NCBI GenBank assembly: GCA_963803805.1 | Contig: CAWDOD010000004.1 | Coordinates: 64,001-128,000 of the forward strand | Source: an uncultured cyanobacterium | Lineage (GTDB): Bacteria > Cyanobacteriota > Cyanobacteriia > Cyanobacteriales > CAWCAG01 | DNA length: 64,000 nucleotides | Reading direction: 5' to 3' | Shown here: positions 21,449-31,042 of the stretch, in pieces | How positions within the stretch are numbered: position 1 is the first letter of the stretch | Layout: every line of letters starts with the position of its first letter | Position numbers and translations under genes: made by a program | Notes under the pieces: generated by a model | Told to the model about the DNA's origin: nothing | Seen by the model: only the letters and a program-made list of their open reading frames with translations | The model's database searches: none

Positions 21449-23407
21449 ATGAAAATTGCTGTATTAACTTTATTTATTATTGTATTTCTTTTATTTTTAT
21501 GCCCTCATTCCTTAGCAGCTAACTCAGAAGCAGAATTAATTGCCTTAACTCCGGATTTACTACAAGAAAGAATCCAAGAACCAATCACTGAAGAGGGCAT
21601 TACTACAGTTAACCTTACTCAGTTTTCCATAAACTTAACTGGAGATAATGAAGAATTTCGCAATCAATTTTACCAACAACTCCAAAGTGCCATTACTCGT
21701 TCTCAAAGTCCCCTAACTATTAACCTAAGTAAGTCTTTGATTCAAGGAGAATTTACCACCCGTAGGTTAGGCATTCAAACTCCTTTAATAGAACAAGCCT
21801 TATCAGGAAGTTTATCAGTTTTAGAAAAAAAACAACTAGCTAAAGAACCCCGTTTCAAACAATATTCCCTAGAAAATAGCCAAGATAAATATATTCCTTA
21901 TACAACAATTTTACGAGGTTCTTTAAAACTTAATCATACCCAGTTTACTGCTCCAGCTAACTTTAGCAACACCTTCTTCCTACAACGAGTAGAAGCTGTG
22001 GGAGTTGATTTTGCAGACAAAAGTGATTGGAACCAAACTAGTTTTAGCCACCTAGCGGATTTTAGTGAAGCTAACTTTCAAAGAGAAGCTAACTTCAAAA
22101 ATAGCAACTTTTTCGCTAAAGCTAAATTTGTCAAAGCTAAGTTTCAAAATAATCTTGACTTTACTTATAGCCAATTTAAGGATTCAACCAACTTTAATGA
22201 AGCAACTTTTAGCGATGTAGTTAATTGGACAAGTTCTCAATGGCAAGGGGAAGGTGACTTTCGTAAAACCAACTGGGGCGATCGCGTCATCTTTTCTAAA
22301 AGTCGCTTTCTTCAACCCCTTTATTTTAATAACGCTAACTTTGAAAAAAGTGTTGCTTTCCGGGGCAGCCGTTTCAATAGTAATATTAACTTCAGCGATG
22401 CTAGTTTAAGGGAACAAATTGACTTTAGCAATGCTGTTTTCACTCCTAATACTCAGATTGATTTATCCAAGTTAGCTTTTGATGCCAAAGAAGCAAAAAT
22501 ATTGGGAGAAAAAGGAGTAATTGGTAAAGCTATTTCAGTCTCCACCTTAGAAGGGAATGAAACCATTCTTTTCAACTTAGTCAGGAACTTTCGGCGTTTA
22601 GAACAAATCACCGACGCGAATCAAATCGAATACCAAACCAAGAAGTTACGCCGGGAACAATTAGAAACTTTATTAATTGGTTTACCCTGGCAAAAATGGT
22701 TTCGCTTTAGCACATTAGGTTATGACTTAAAATGGTTTTGTTTAAGTTTAATTCTTCTGTTAAGCGACTACGGAACCAACTTCGGTTTAGTCCTCAGTGT
22801 CGGCATTTTCACCCTAGCTTACTTTGGTCTTTTTTTCTGGTTTCTAGATCGCTATCGCCGCCGCTTTCCCCAACCAATACTCCCCAATCTTTACGAAACA
22901 ACTTGGATGGTAGGGAGTTTTAGTTTTTTGACCATAACTAGTTTAATTGCCATCTTCCAAACCGCCAGACAACCTTGGTTAACCCTTGGTTGTTTAGGAA
23001 TAGTTTTATTACCAATTCCTCTATTTCTACTCGCTAAACTCTACCTGCAAGGGCGTTACCACAACTTATTAGCAGTAACCTACTTTGTCGAAGATGGCAG
23101 TATGCGACAACTACGCCTTCTCATCGTTCGCCTACCAATTATGCCCCGTTTTCCTTTATTCCGCGATCGCTATATGCCCATACTTTGGGACAGGCGTTGG
23201 AACTGGCTTAATTATTATGATTTTAGTTTAAATAATTTACTTAAACTAGGGTTCAATGATATCAGAGTCAGGGATGAACATTTACCCGGTATTATTACCA
23301 CCTTGGTTTGGTATCAATGGGGTTTAGGTATTCTTTATATTGCCCTAATTCTTTGGACACTTTCTCGGACTATTCCTGGTTTGAATTTACTGATTTATTT
23401 GAAATAA
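21449..23407 (+). CDS. Pentapeptide-repeat membrane protein (ATG 21449 preferred)
   Basis: Signal peptide; AxF-type repeats (ADFSEANFQREANFKNSNF); C-terminal TM helices with LKLGFND. Confidence 0.85.
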   Translation: MKIAVLTLFIIVFLLFLCPHSLAANSEAELIALTPDLLQERIQEPITEEGITTVNLTQFSINLTGDNEEFRNQFYQQLQSAITRSQSPLTINLSKSLIQGEFTTRRLGIQTPLIEQALSGSLSVLEKKQLAKEPRFKQYSLENSQDKYIPYTTILRGSLKLNHTQFTAPANFSNTFFLQRVEAVGVDFADKSDWNQTSFSHLADFSEANFQREANFKNSNFFAKAKFVKAKFQNNLDFTYSQFKDSTNFNEATFSDVVNWTSSQWQGEGDFRKTNWGDRVIFSKSRFLQPLYFNNANFEKSVAFRGSRFNSNINFSDASLREQIDFSNAVFTPNTQIDLSKLAFDAKEAKILGEKGVIGKAISVSTLEGNETILFNLVRNFRRLEQITDANQIEYQTKKLRREQLETLLIGLPWQKWFRFSTLGYDLKWFCLSLILLLSDYGTNFGLVLSVGIFTLAYFGLFFWFLDRYRRRFPQPILPNLYETTWMVGSFSFLTITSLIAIFQTARQPWLTLGCLGIVLLPIPLFLLAKLYLQGRYHNLLAVTYFVEDGSMRQLRLLIVRLPIMPRFPLFRDRYMPILWDRRWNWLNYYDFSLNNLLKLGFNDIRVRDEHLPGIITTLVWYQWGLGILYIALILWTLSRTIPGLNLLIYLK

Positions 23408-23471
23408 GGAATAACTTTTTTCTGTTGTATCCTAAATATCTGTTCCTAATTCCCTATCCAAACAGTTAACA

Positions 23472-23489
23472 TTAATGCCTGACAGCTTA
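23472..23489 (-). repeat. Isolated MITE-like terminal repeat
   Basis: TTAATGCCTGACAGCTTA is the reverse complement of the TAAGCTGTCAGGCATT end. Confidence 0.6.
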
Positions 23490-23533
23490 TTCTAAAGACT
23501 TGTGTATCACATTGAGAAAGGACTGGGTAAATA

Positions 23534-24688
23534 GTGAGAATCAAACCAGAAGGATGGCTAGCAATCCTTTTAATGTTGGGATTAGTGATCACAATTATTA
23601 CTCGTCCTCCGGAAATATTAGCGCCACAGACGGAATTACGAGGGGTTTGGTTAACCAATATTGATAGTGAGGTGATGTTTTCTGCCCGAAAACTACGTCA
23701 GAGTTTAAAACGTCTCGCTCGTTTAAACTTCAATACGGTGTATCCTACAGTTTGGACAAGGGGACATACCCTTTATCCTAGCAAGGTAGCTGAGTCGGTT
23801 TTGGGTGTTTCCTTAGATCCAGAACCAGGTTTGCAGAAACGGGATATCTTAAAAGAGATAGTCACACAAGGACACAGACAAGGTTTAACGATTATTCCTT
23901 GGTTTGAGTTTGGTTTTGTGGTTCCCTCAGACTCTCCTATCATACAACTTCACCCGGATTGGTTAACCAACCGTCAAGATACTGGTCAAACTGTTTATCG
24001 AAAAGGACAAGAAATCGCTTGGCTTAATCCTTTTCACCCTCAAGTACAACAGTTTATAACAGCTATTTTTGCTGAGATTGTTGCTAACTATGACATTGAT
24101 GGTATTCAGTTTGATGATAACTTTGGTGTTCCAGTAGACATGGGTTATGATCCTTACACCTCAGCCCTCTATCGCAGCCAACACCAAGGTAATTCACCCC
24201 CAGCTAATTTCCGTGATCCTGAATGGATGCGTTGGCGTGCAGATCAACTGACAGAACTAGTCACCCAGTTGTTTCATACAATTAAAGCACTCAAGCCCAA
24301 CTGTTTAATTGGTTTATCTCCTAATTCGCAACATTTTTCCTACAATAACTACCTACAAGACTGGCAAACTTGGCAAGAAAGGGGTTTAATTGATGAGTTG
24401 ATTTTACAGGTTTATTGGGACGATCTACAGAGGTTTAGGGCAGAACTACAACTTCCAGAAGTTGAAGCAGCTAGTCAAAAAATTCCTGTGGGTATTGGTA
24501 TTTTAACTGGTTTAAAAAAGCGTTTTATTCCCATGAGTCAAGTACAGGCACAAGTAAAAATTGTTCGCCAGGAAGATTTAGCTGGAGTTGCTTTCTTTTT
24601 CTACGAAACTCTAGCAGGGCGCGATCGCGAACTTAAGGAGTTGTTTGCTCATCCGGCTACTAGACCTGAAGAAGTAATAAGTAATTAG
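23534..24688 (+). CDS. Glycoside hydrolase-like 10 family (DUF187/GHL10) protein
   Basis: ELRGVWLTNIDS, FNTVYPTVW, PWFEFG, WLNPFHPQVQ, YDIDGIQFDD. Confidence 0.9.
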   Translation: MRIKPEGWLAILLMLGLVITIITRPPEILAPQTELRGVWLTNIDSEVMFSARKLRQSLKRLARLNFNTVYPTVWTRGHTLYPSKVAESVLGVSLDPEPGLQKRDILKEIVTQGHRQGLTIIPWFEFGFVVPSDSPIIQLHPDWLTNRQDTGQTVYRKGQEIAWLNPFHPQVQQFITAIFAEIVANYDIDGIQFDDNFGVPVDMGYDPYTSALYRSQHQGNSPPANFRDPEWMRWRADQLTELVTQLFHTIKALKPNCLIGLSPNSQHFSYNNYLQDWQTWQERGLIDELILQVYWDDLQRFRAELQLPEVEAASQKIPVGIGILTGLKKRFIPMSQVQAQVKIVRQEDLAGVAFFFYETLAGRDRELKELFAHPATRPEEVISN

Positions 24689-24822
24689 GTAATGGGTAAG
24701 TACGATTATCAATTAGTCACTTTAATCAAAATCGTTATGACTATGATATACTGGTAACAGTTCGTAACAAGTTAAAATTTAGCTGATACAGAAGATTTCA
24801 GTTTAGTAAGGAGTAATTAATA

Positions 24823-25416
24823 ATGGAAGAATGTTTAAGAGTAGGACAAGTAGCACCTGATTTCACGGCTACAGCAGTAGTAGATCAAGAATTCAAAACC
24901 CTTAAACTATCTGACTATCGTGGCAAATATGTAGTCTTATTTTTCTATCCTTTAGACTTCACTTTCGTTTGCCCTACAGAAATCACAGCATTCAGCGATC
25001 GCAACAAAGAATTTGCAGATATCGACACTCAAGTTTTAGGTGTTTCCGTTGACAGCGAATTTTCTCACCTTGCTTGGATTCAAAGCGATCGCAAATCAGG
25101 GGGAGTCGGAGACTTAGAATATCCTCTAGTTTCTGATATTAGAAAAGAAATCAGCACTGCTTATAACGTTTTAGATCCAGAAGCTGGCGTAGCCTTGCGA
25201 GGATTATTTATCATAGATAAAGATGGCGTAATTCAACACGCAACCATCAACAACCTTTCTTTTGGACGTAGCGTTGATGAAACTCTACGCACCCTGCAAG
25301 CGATTCAATACGTACAATCTCATCCTGACGAAGTTTGTCCTGCTGGTTGGGAACCCGGAAGCAAAACAATGGTTCCTGATCCGGTCAAGTCTAAAGTCTT
25401 CTTTGAATCTGTCTAG
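24823..25416 (+). CDS. 2-Cys peroxiredoxin (AhpC/TSA)
   Basis: [15 protein letters not shown] and EVCPAGW. Confidence 0.96.
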   Translation: MEECLRVGQVAPDFTATAVVDQEFKTLKLSDYRGKYVVLFFYPLDFTFVCPTEITAFSDRNKEFADIDTQVLGVSVDSEFSHLAWIQSDRKSGGVGDLEYPLVSDIRKEISTAYNVLDPEAGVALRGLFIIDKDGVIQHATINNLSFGRSVDETLRTLQAIQYVQSHPDEVCPAGWEPGSKTMVPDPVKSKVFFESV

Positions 25417-25457
25417 TTGACCTTCTGTTACTATTTGATTCCTTTGGGGGGTAGTTC

Positions 25458-26258
25458 ATGACTAGTACAACTAATCTAGAAACCCGATCTTCAAACTCAA
25501 CTGTGGAGGATTGGCAACCCCCCATGCCCCCCACAGATTTAATTTTTGACGATGGAGAGCCTTTGGAAACAGATCGCCACCGCATTGCGATGAATGTCTT
25601 GATTCGTTCCATGCAAGCTGCATTAAGCGAACGAGAAGATTACTTTGTTGGTGGCAATATGTTTATTTACTACAGCGCTCAACAAGTCAAAAACAGAGAT
25701 TTTCGTGGCCCTGACTTCTTTGTAGTTCTCAATGTAGATCATACCCCTGAACGAGAAGGCTGGGTTGTGTGGGAAGAAAATGGTCGCTATCCAGACGTAA
25801 TTATTGAGTTGATGTCCCCTTCTACTAAACAAATAGATGTGGGTATCAAAAAAACTATCTACGAGCAAACTTTCCGTACTCCTGATTATTTTGTCTTTGA
25901 CCCCTTTGATCCTGATTCTTTAAAAGGCTGGCATTTAGATGTAGATTCTAGTTATCAAGAACTTACACTCAATGAACGAGGTTGGTTGTGGTGTCAAAAA
26001 TTAGGTTTGTGGTTAGGGGCTTGGAAAGGAGACATTGACGGCAAGTCCGCAATTTGGTTACGTTTTTATGATTCAGAAGGTAACTTAATTCTTTTACCAG
26101 AAGAAGCGGAAAAGCAACGGGCTGAGGTGGCTGAAGAACGATTAGAGAATGCTATTACTCGTTTATTAGAATTAGGGTTGGATACTGCCCAGGTAGCTGC
26201 GGCATTATCTTTATCGGTAGAAGAAATTGAAAGTAGAATTAATGGCGGTAAAAAATAA
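25458..26258 (+). CDS. Uma2 family PD-(D/E)XK protein
   Basis: DDGEPLETDRH, RGPDFFVV, PDVIIELMSPST, YFVFDP. Confidence 0.92.
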   Translation: MTSTTNLETRSSNSTVEDWQPPMPPTDLIFDDGEPLETDRHRIAMNVLIRSMQAALSEREDYFVGGNMFIYYSAQQVKNRDFRGPDFFVVLNVDHTPEREGWVVWEENGRYPDVIIELMSPSTKQIDVGIKKTIYEQTFRTPDYFVFDPFDPDSLKGWHLDVDSSYQELTLNERGWLWCQKLGLWLGAWKGDIDGKSAIWLRFYDSEGNLILLPEEAEKQRAEVAEERLENAITRLLELGLDTAQVAAALSLSVEEIESRINGGKK

Positions 26259-26640
26259 TAACTGATAAGCAAAACTTTCCTTTCTTCTCATCAAAGTTCA
26301 AATGATTTAAACCTAAGCGATTCTTGCTCAAGTTTATAAAGTTATATTAAGAACGATTTAATAAGGCATTGATAGGGGTTTCTTTTGCAATAGAATTAAT
26401 CAAGATTTATGAAAAATGATATTCTTGCCTTTTTTGTACTCTAAAAGCCTTTGACCGAGAAAAACCACCGTATAATAGGGCTTTGCTTAAAGTCAAATAA
26501 CATAAAGGAAAAGATTCTGCGCTCAGGAAATCACTTCTTTTTAGAACTGGATTTAATCGCCTATTGACAAAATGCAACTTTAATGAAGTGGCACTTCTTT
26601 TAAACTTGGCAAAATATTACACCAAATCTGTTTGTTGTTA

Positions 26641-26722
26641 CTCCTCTACCCCTATCACCCTATCTCCCTATCCCCTATCTCCCCATCAAACCTAATAAGT
26701 AAATTAAATGCCTGACAGCTTA
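26641..26722 (-). mobile_element. MITE-like element, truncated copy
   Basis: Reverse complement reads TAAGCTGTCAGGCATTTAATTTACTTATTAGGTTTGATG followed by GATAGGG-type repeats, as at 43204. Confidence 0.7.
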
Positions 26723-26805
26723 TTCTTATTGGTCAAAGCTCATTAGCACTTTATATATGTAGCGTTATTTTATCTATTTCATACAAAATAGGCTTGGTAT
26801 GATCA

Positions 26806-27978
26806 TCAGCTAGCCAGTAATTCTTGATAAAACTGTAATTGCTGTTTAGCTAAAGCTTGGTTTGTATATTGTTGCATCGCTTTTTCGTAACCCTTCTTAG
26901 CCAGCTTTTCAGTTAGGTTGTTATCTTCTATTAAAGACAATAAAGCCTTACTTAAAGCCTCTGCATCACCCTCCGGAAAAACCAAACCTGCCTCACCAAT
27001 CACATTAGGAATTTCTCCTGAATCGGAACCAACCACAGGCACTTTACAAGCCATCGCTTCAATCAAAACATGACCAAATTGTTCCTTCCAACCTGCCGCA
27101 GTTAAGGTTTTGAATTCATAAGTGGTTTCTGAAGGTAACACTAAAGCATTCATGAGATTAATATAGGCGGGAACTGCATCATGAGGAACACTTTCTACCA
27201 TAATTAACCGTTCTTTAATCCCTGCGATCGCTGCTTTTTCCTGCAAAGTTTCTTTTAATGGGCCTCTACCTAAAAGTAAGAGTTTCCACCTTTTTGCTTT
27301 TAAAGCAGCTAAAGCATCAATTAAAGTTAAAATGCCTTTTTCAGGAACAAACCTGCCCACAAAACCAATCACAAATTCTTCATCTTCAAGGCCTAATTGA
27401 GTAGCTAATTCTGGTTGTGCTTGTGGTTTAAATAAAGTTTCATCAACTCCTAATTGAGGCATGACCTTAACAGGGCCTTGATAACCATGTTCTCGTAAAA
27501 CATCTACACCATCTTGATTACCAGAAACTAACCCATTGGTATTCTTGAGATTGTAGGATTCTAAGACAGAAATAGGAAACTTAGATTGGTAAGGTAAGTT
27601 CCACCAAGTAAAAAAACAATTTTTGGCTTTTAAACCTAATAACTTATTTAAAGTAATTAATTGAGCATAACCTAAAGCTTTTGCTCCCTGTTCTACTTGA
27701 ATAATCTGAGGTTTAAATTCCTGCAATAATTTAACTATTTCCCAACCAAAAGTGAGCAAACCCTGATTATTTTCACTAAAATTAGCCACGGGTACAACCC
27801 GAAAACTACCATCTTGCCTATATTTAGTCTCAATGATTTTATTCTGTACTCCCCCCGGTTTCCAGCGTTTAGGAACAACTACTGTAACTTCAACATCTGG
27901 TTGCAAGTGAGCTAATTTCCTCAGCTTCTCGCAGTTAAGATCAACAATATAAGTATGGCTGGCAACGAGTATTTTCAT
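26806..27978 (-). CDS. hpsO: GT4 glycosyltransferase, hormogonium polysaccharide HpsO-like
   Basis: MKILVASHTYIVDLNCEKLR; GFVGRFVPEKG; WKEQFGHVLIEAMAC; order hpsL-hpsN-hpsO. Confidence 0.8.
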   Translation of the reverse strand: MKILVASHTYIVDLNCEKLRKLAHLQPDVEVTVVVPKRWKPGGVQNKIIETKYRQDGSFRVVPVANFSENNQGLLTFGWEIVKLLQEFKPQIIQVEQGAKALGYAQLITLNKLLGLKAKNCFFTWWNLPYQSKFPISVLESYNLKNTNGLVSGNQDGVDVLREHGYQGPVKVMPQLGVDETLFKPQAQPELATQLGLEDEEFVIGFVGRFVPEKGILTLIDALAALKAKRWKLLLLGRGPLKETLQEKAAIAGIKERLIMVESVPHDAVPAYINLMNALVLPSETTYEFKTLTAAGWKEQFGHVLIEAMACKVPVVGSDSGEIPNVIGEAGLVFPEGDAEALSKALLSLIEDNNLTEKLAKKGYEKAMQQYTNQALAKQQLQFYQELLAS

Positions 27979-28058
27979 TAATGATTGTTATTTGCTATTT
28001 GCTAATTGCTAATTGCTAATAGGATAAATAAAACAGGATGTTCCTTACTGATTACTGA

Positions 28059-29066
28059 TTACTGATCATTGATCATTGATTGCTTATCCTGGCGACTATA
28101 AATTTGCCCATCATCCCAGGCGGATTTAATGCGAGTATTCAAAGCATCAAAAAAGCCTAAACTGTAGAATAAACCCCGACTAGCAACTTTTAAAGGAGAA
28201 CCACTTTTATTACAAGGAGGATTACCTAAAACGTGACAATCAAATAACTTGCTATATAAGCGTAATTGTTGCCCCGGTGTTAAGTTCTTTTGTGCCATCA
28301 GGAAATGATTGTGGTAAAAAGTAAACTGATACTTAAGCGATCGCGTACTAATATCATGACAACCTCCTGTTTCTTCTCCTAAATGAACTAAATCCGCTTC
28401 AGGATCGTACCAAATTTGATAGCCAGTTTTCCTAATTCTCAAACAAAAATCAGACTCTTCTCGTACTGCTGAACCGCGAAAGCGTTCGTCAAACCAAACA
28501 CCATGTTTAGTAAAAATTTCCCGACGGAAAGACATATTGCAGCCTCTGGTTGAAATCACCCGTTGAGGCTTTGTTGTATGTACCAAATCAATATGATACC
28601 AAGCAATACCGGGGTCCATTGCTTCTGGAGGCAAATCTTCAATTTCATAGGCATCCCCCTCAGTAGCAAACTTTTGATAATCAGCTAGCTTCATGCGATC
28701 AAACACTCGACCAGCTACAGCACCAATTTCAGGGTTACTATAGTTTTTAGCATGGGCTTTTATATAACCTTCTGGCATTTGAACATCATCATCAATGAAG
28801 ATAACAATTTCCCCTTTTGCCCGACGCACAGCATAATTTCTTGCCCCCGGCAAACTCGCCCAGTCAACTTTAAATAAATTAATTTCACCTGTAGAAGATA
28901 ACTCAGCTAAAACCCGTTGAGTTTCTGGTTCGTGGCTAGGGGTTTGATCAACAACTAAAACTTCAAAGTTGGGATAATCTTGCTTCAATACATCTTTTAA
29001 AGTATCCCGTAGGGGTTCTTCTCTGCCATAGGTTGGTATAACAACGGAAACAAGCGGCCAGTTCAT
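28059..29066 (-). CDS. hpsN: GT2 glycosyltransferase, HpsN-like
   Basis: VSVVIPTYGREEPL, FIDDDV, RGCNMSFRR, AVREESDFCLR. Confidence 0.8.
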   Translation of the reverse strand: MNWPLVSVVIPTYGREEPLRDTLKDVLKQDYPNFEVLVVDQTPSHEPETQRVLAELSSTGEINLFKVDWASLPGARNYAVRRAKGEIVIFIDDDVQMPEGYIKAHAKNYSNPEIGAVAGRVFDRMKLADYQKFATEGDAYEIEDLPPEAMDPGIAWYHIDLVHTTKPQRVISTRGCNMSFRREIFTKHGVWFDERFRGSAVREESDFCLRIRKTGYQIWYDPEADLVHLGEETGGCHDISTRSLKYQFTFYHNHFLMAQKNLTPGQQLRLYSKLFDCHVLGNPPCNKSGSPLKVASRGLFYSLGFFDALNTRIKSAWDDGQIYSRQDKQSMINDQ

Positions 29067-29117
29067 AGCAATATTTTACTTACTAACTTAAGCGTGAAAA
29101 AGTATCCCTTTGTTAGG

Positions 29118-29146
29118 TTGCCCTGATTGTTAGCTAGGGTAACAAA
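29118..29146. promoter_or_regulatory. 29-bp motif upstream of hpsN, putatively regulatory
   Basis: TTGCCCTGATTGTTAGCTAGGGTAACAAA; 27/29 identical to 30894-30922. Confidence 0.55.
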
Positions 29147-29148
29147 AA

Positions 29149-30807
29149 TTAAGCCGGTTGTTTCTTTTTTAGCTTCCTTTTCAACTTCTTTTGCAAAACA
29201 GGATCATTTGCTTCGGCTTCTATGCGCTTTTCTTCTTCTTGCCGATTGATTTCCCCTAAACGCAGAATTACCCCAGCAAAAAACCAGTAATAAACATTAA
29301 CTGGCTCTGTATCTAAAGGATACCAATAGGTGTTATAGGTGATAATTAAAATAAATACCCATAAACTTGAACCCAAGGAACGTAAATTTTTATCCCGAAC
29401 GGAACGGTAATTCTTAAAACCGACAAATACTATATTTGTTAAAAAGAACAAAAAGGCTAAAGTCGCCAGTAAGCCCATTTCATAAATGAGTTTTGGGTAA
29501 TAGGTTTCCACCAAAGAAACTTTACCAAAAACCCTAGTAGAATTAGTTGCTCTTCCCAAACCCATACCCAAAGGCCCTTCAGAAGATTCAAAAGCCCATC
29601 TAAACTGTTCTTCAATAAAAGCTTGGGGGGGAGAAGCTTCTGCACGACTTTGAAAACTATCAATCCGTTCTTGAACCAAATCAGGATTTTTGCTAATAGC
29701 AAAAGTTAAAACTAAAGCTAGTCCTACACCAATAGGAATAAATCTTTTTAGATTAGCTAATTGTCCAGTTAAGACTAGTAAAATAATCGTAACTACAGGT
29801 ACTAATGCTAGGGCAATTCTTTGGCCAGAAACAACTGCATTAACAAATACCAAGGCCATACCTGCTAACCCTCCCATGCGCCAGAAAAAAGAAGGATCAC
29901 CAAAAGCAACGGTATAGGTTAAAACGCTATTGGCAATTAAAAACCAAGCCCAGTGCCAAGGAGAAGGGAAAGTTCCTGGCAGGCGAATCATATCTTGGGA
30001 AGGGGCAAAAGCCACAGAACCTCCCACTAAACATTTTGCTTCTACAGTTGCTTTGAATAGTTCATCTCCCACAGCATTGCGAGTTCCCACACAAGTACCA
30101 CTATCTAGCATTAAATATTGCATCACTCCTAGAACGCAGCAAATAATTGCCAATATTAAATGGAGGCGAGTACACAAAAGTAATTCTTTTTTTGTTTTGA
30201 TTAAATAAATAGCGCAAACAATCAGAGGAACGTAACCCAAAAGAACTTTGAGTCCTAAAATGCCCTGAAGAAAAGGAACTCCTTCCCCGGAACCAGCAAG
30301 CTGCAAACTGCCATTAACTAAAAGCAGTGTCATCACAGCTAAAACTAGGGATAAGTTAAAGGTCAAGGTTAAGTTTTTCGGGATAGGAAGACGTTCTCTT
30401 TTCTGTTTATATTCCCGCAACATACCAAACAAGGCGGGAATATAAAAAGCATCTTTAGCTAAACTGAAAAGAGCATTCCCTCCCCCAATCCAGTAAGTTA
30501 CTGTACCGCTAAAAGGTAAATAAATAAGGAAAAGCCACAGCCCTAAACTAGGATAGGCGTAGCAAAATAGAAGGGTGGGGATGCCTAGCATCACTCCTAA
30601 GCCGATGATGGGGCTAACTGCTGCCATAGCTGGCATACCAAAGAGAATACCGACTCCTAAACCAGTAAAAATAGTTTTAATTAGTTTTTGCTTAGCTTGC
30701 TTAGCTTTCCTTTGCTGGGCAATTAATTCTTCTCGACTCAGGATAGGCTGATCATGTTTGCCTCCTTGAGATTTTTTCTTTGATTTGGTTTTAACCATTT
30801 TGCTCAA
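29149..30807 (-). CDS. hpsL: HpsL-like polytopic membrane protein (O-antigen ligase/polymerase-like)
   Basis: Lys-rich N-terminus, many TM helices, IRLPGTFPSPWHWAWFL, GLGRATNS, YWYPLDTEPVNVYYWF. Confidence 0.8.
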   Translation of the reverse strand: MSKMVKTKSKKKSQGGKHDQPILSREELIAQQRKAKQAKQKLIKTIFTGLGVGILFGMPAMAAVSPIIGLGVMLGIPTLLFCYAYPSLGLWLFLIYLPFSGTVTYWIGGGNALFSLAKDAFYIPALFGMLREYKQKRERLPIPKNLTLTFNLSLVLAVMTLLLVNGSLQLAGSGEGVPFLQGILGLKVLLGYVPLIVCAIYLIKTKKELLLCTRLHLILAIICCVLGVMQYLMLDSGTCVGTRNAVGDELFKATVEAKCLVGGSVAFAPSQDMIRLPGTFPSPWHWAWFLIANSVLTYTVAFGDPSFFWRMGGLAGMALVFVNAVVSGQRIALALVPVVTIILLVLTGQLANLKRFIPIGVGLALVLTFAISKNPDLVQERIDSFQSRAEASPPQAFIEEQFRWAFESSEGPLGMGLGRATNSTRVFGKVSLVETYYPKLIYEMGLLATLAFLFFLTNIVFVGFKNYRSVRDKNLRSLGSSLWVFILIITYNTYWYPLDTEPVNVYYWFFAGVILRLGEINRQEEEKRIEAEANDPVLQKKLKRKLKKKQPA

Positions 30808-30893
30808 CGCTAATCAGCTTTAAATTTAGCTCAACCCTCTCAAGGCAAAGTTTGAGCTAAATATTTAGTAAATTCAATTACCTCTTTATTAAA

Positions 30894-30922
30894 TTGCCCC
30901 GATTATTAGCTAGGGTAACAAA
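30894..30922. promoter_or_regulatory. 29-bp motif upstream of hpsL, putatively regulatory
   Basis: TTGCCCCGATTATTAGCTAGGGTAACAAA. Confidence 0.55.
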
Positions 30923-31042
30923 CTTACCAACAACAGTATTGACAGTAATTGAGGTGTAACACTCTGTCCTTAAGGGCTGAGTCCTTAGAATACAATCATG
31001 TTAATTGTTTTTCCATCCTTTTTCGGATGATTTCTGTTAATC

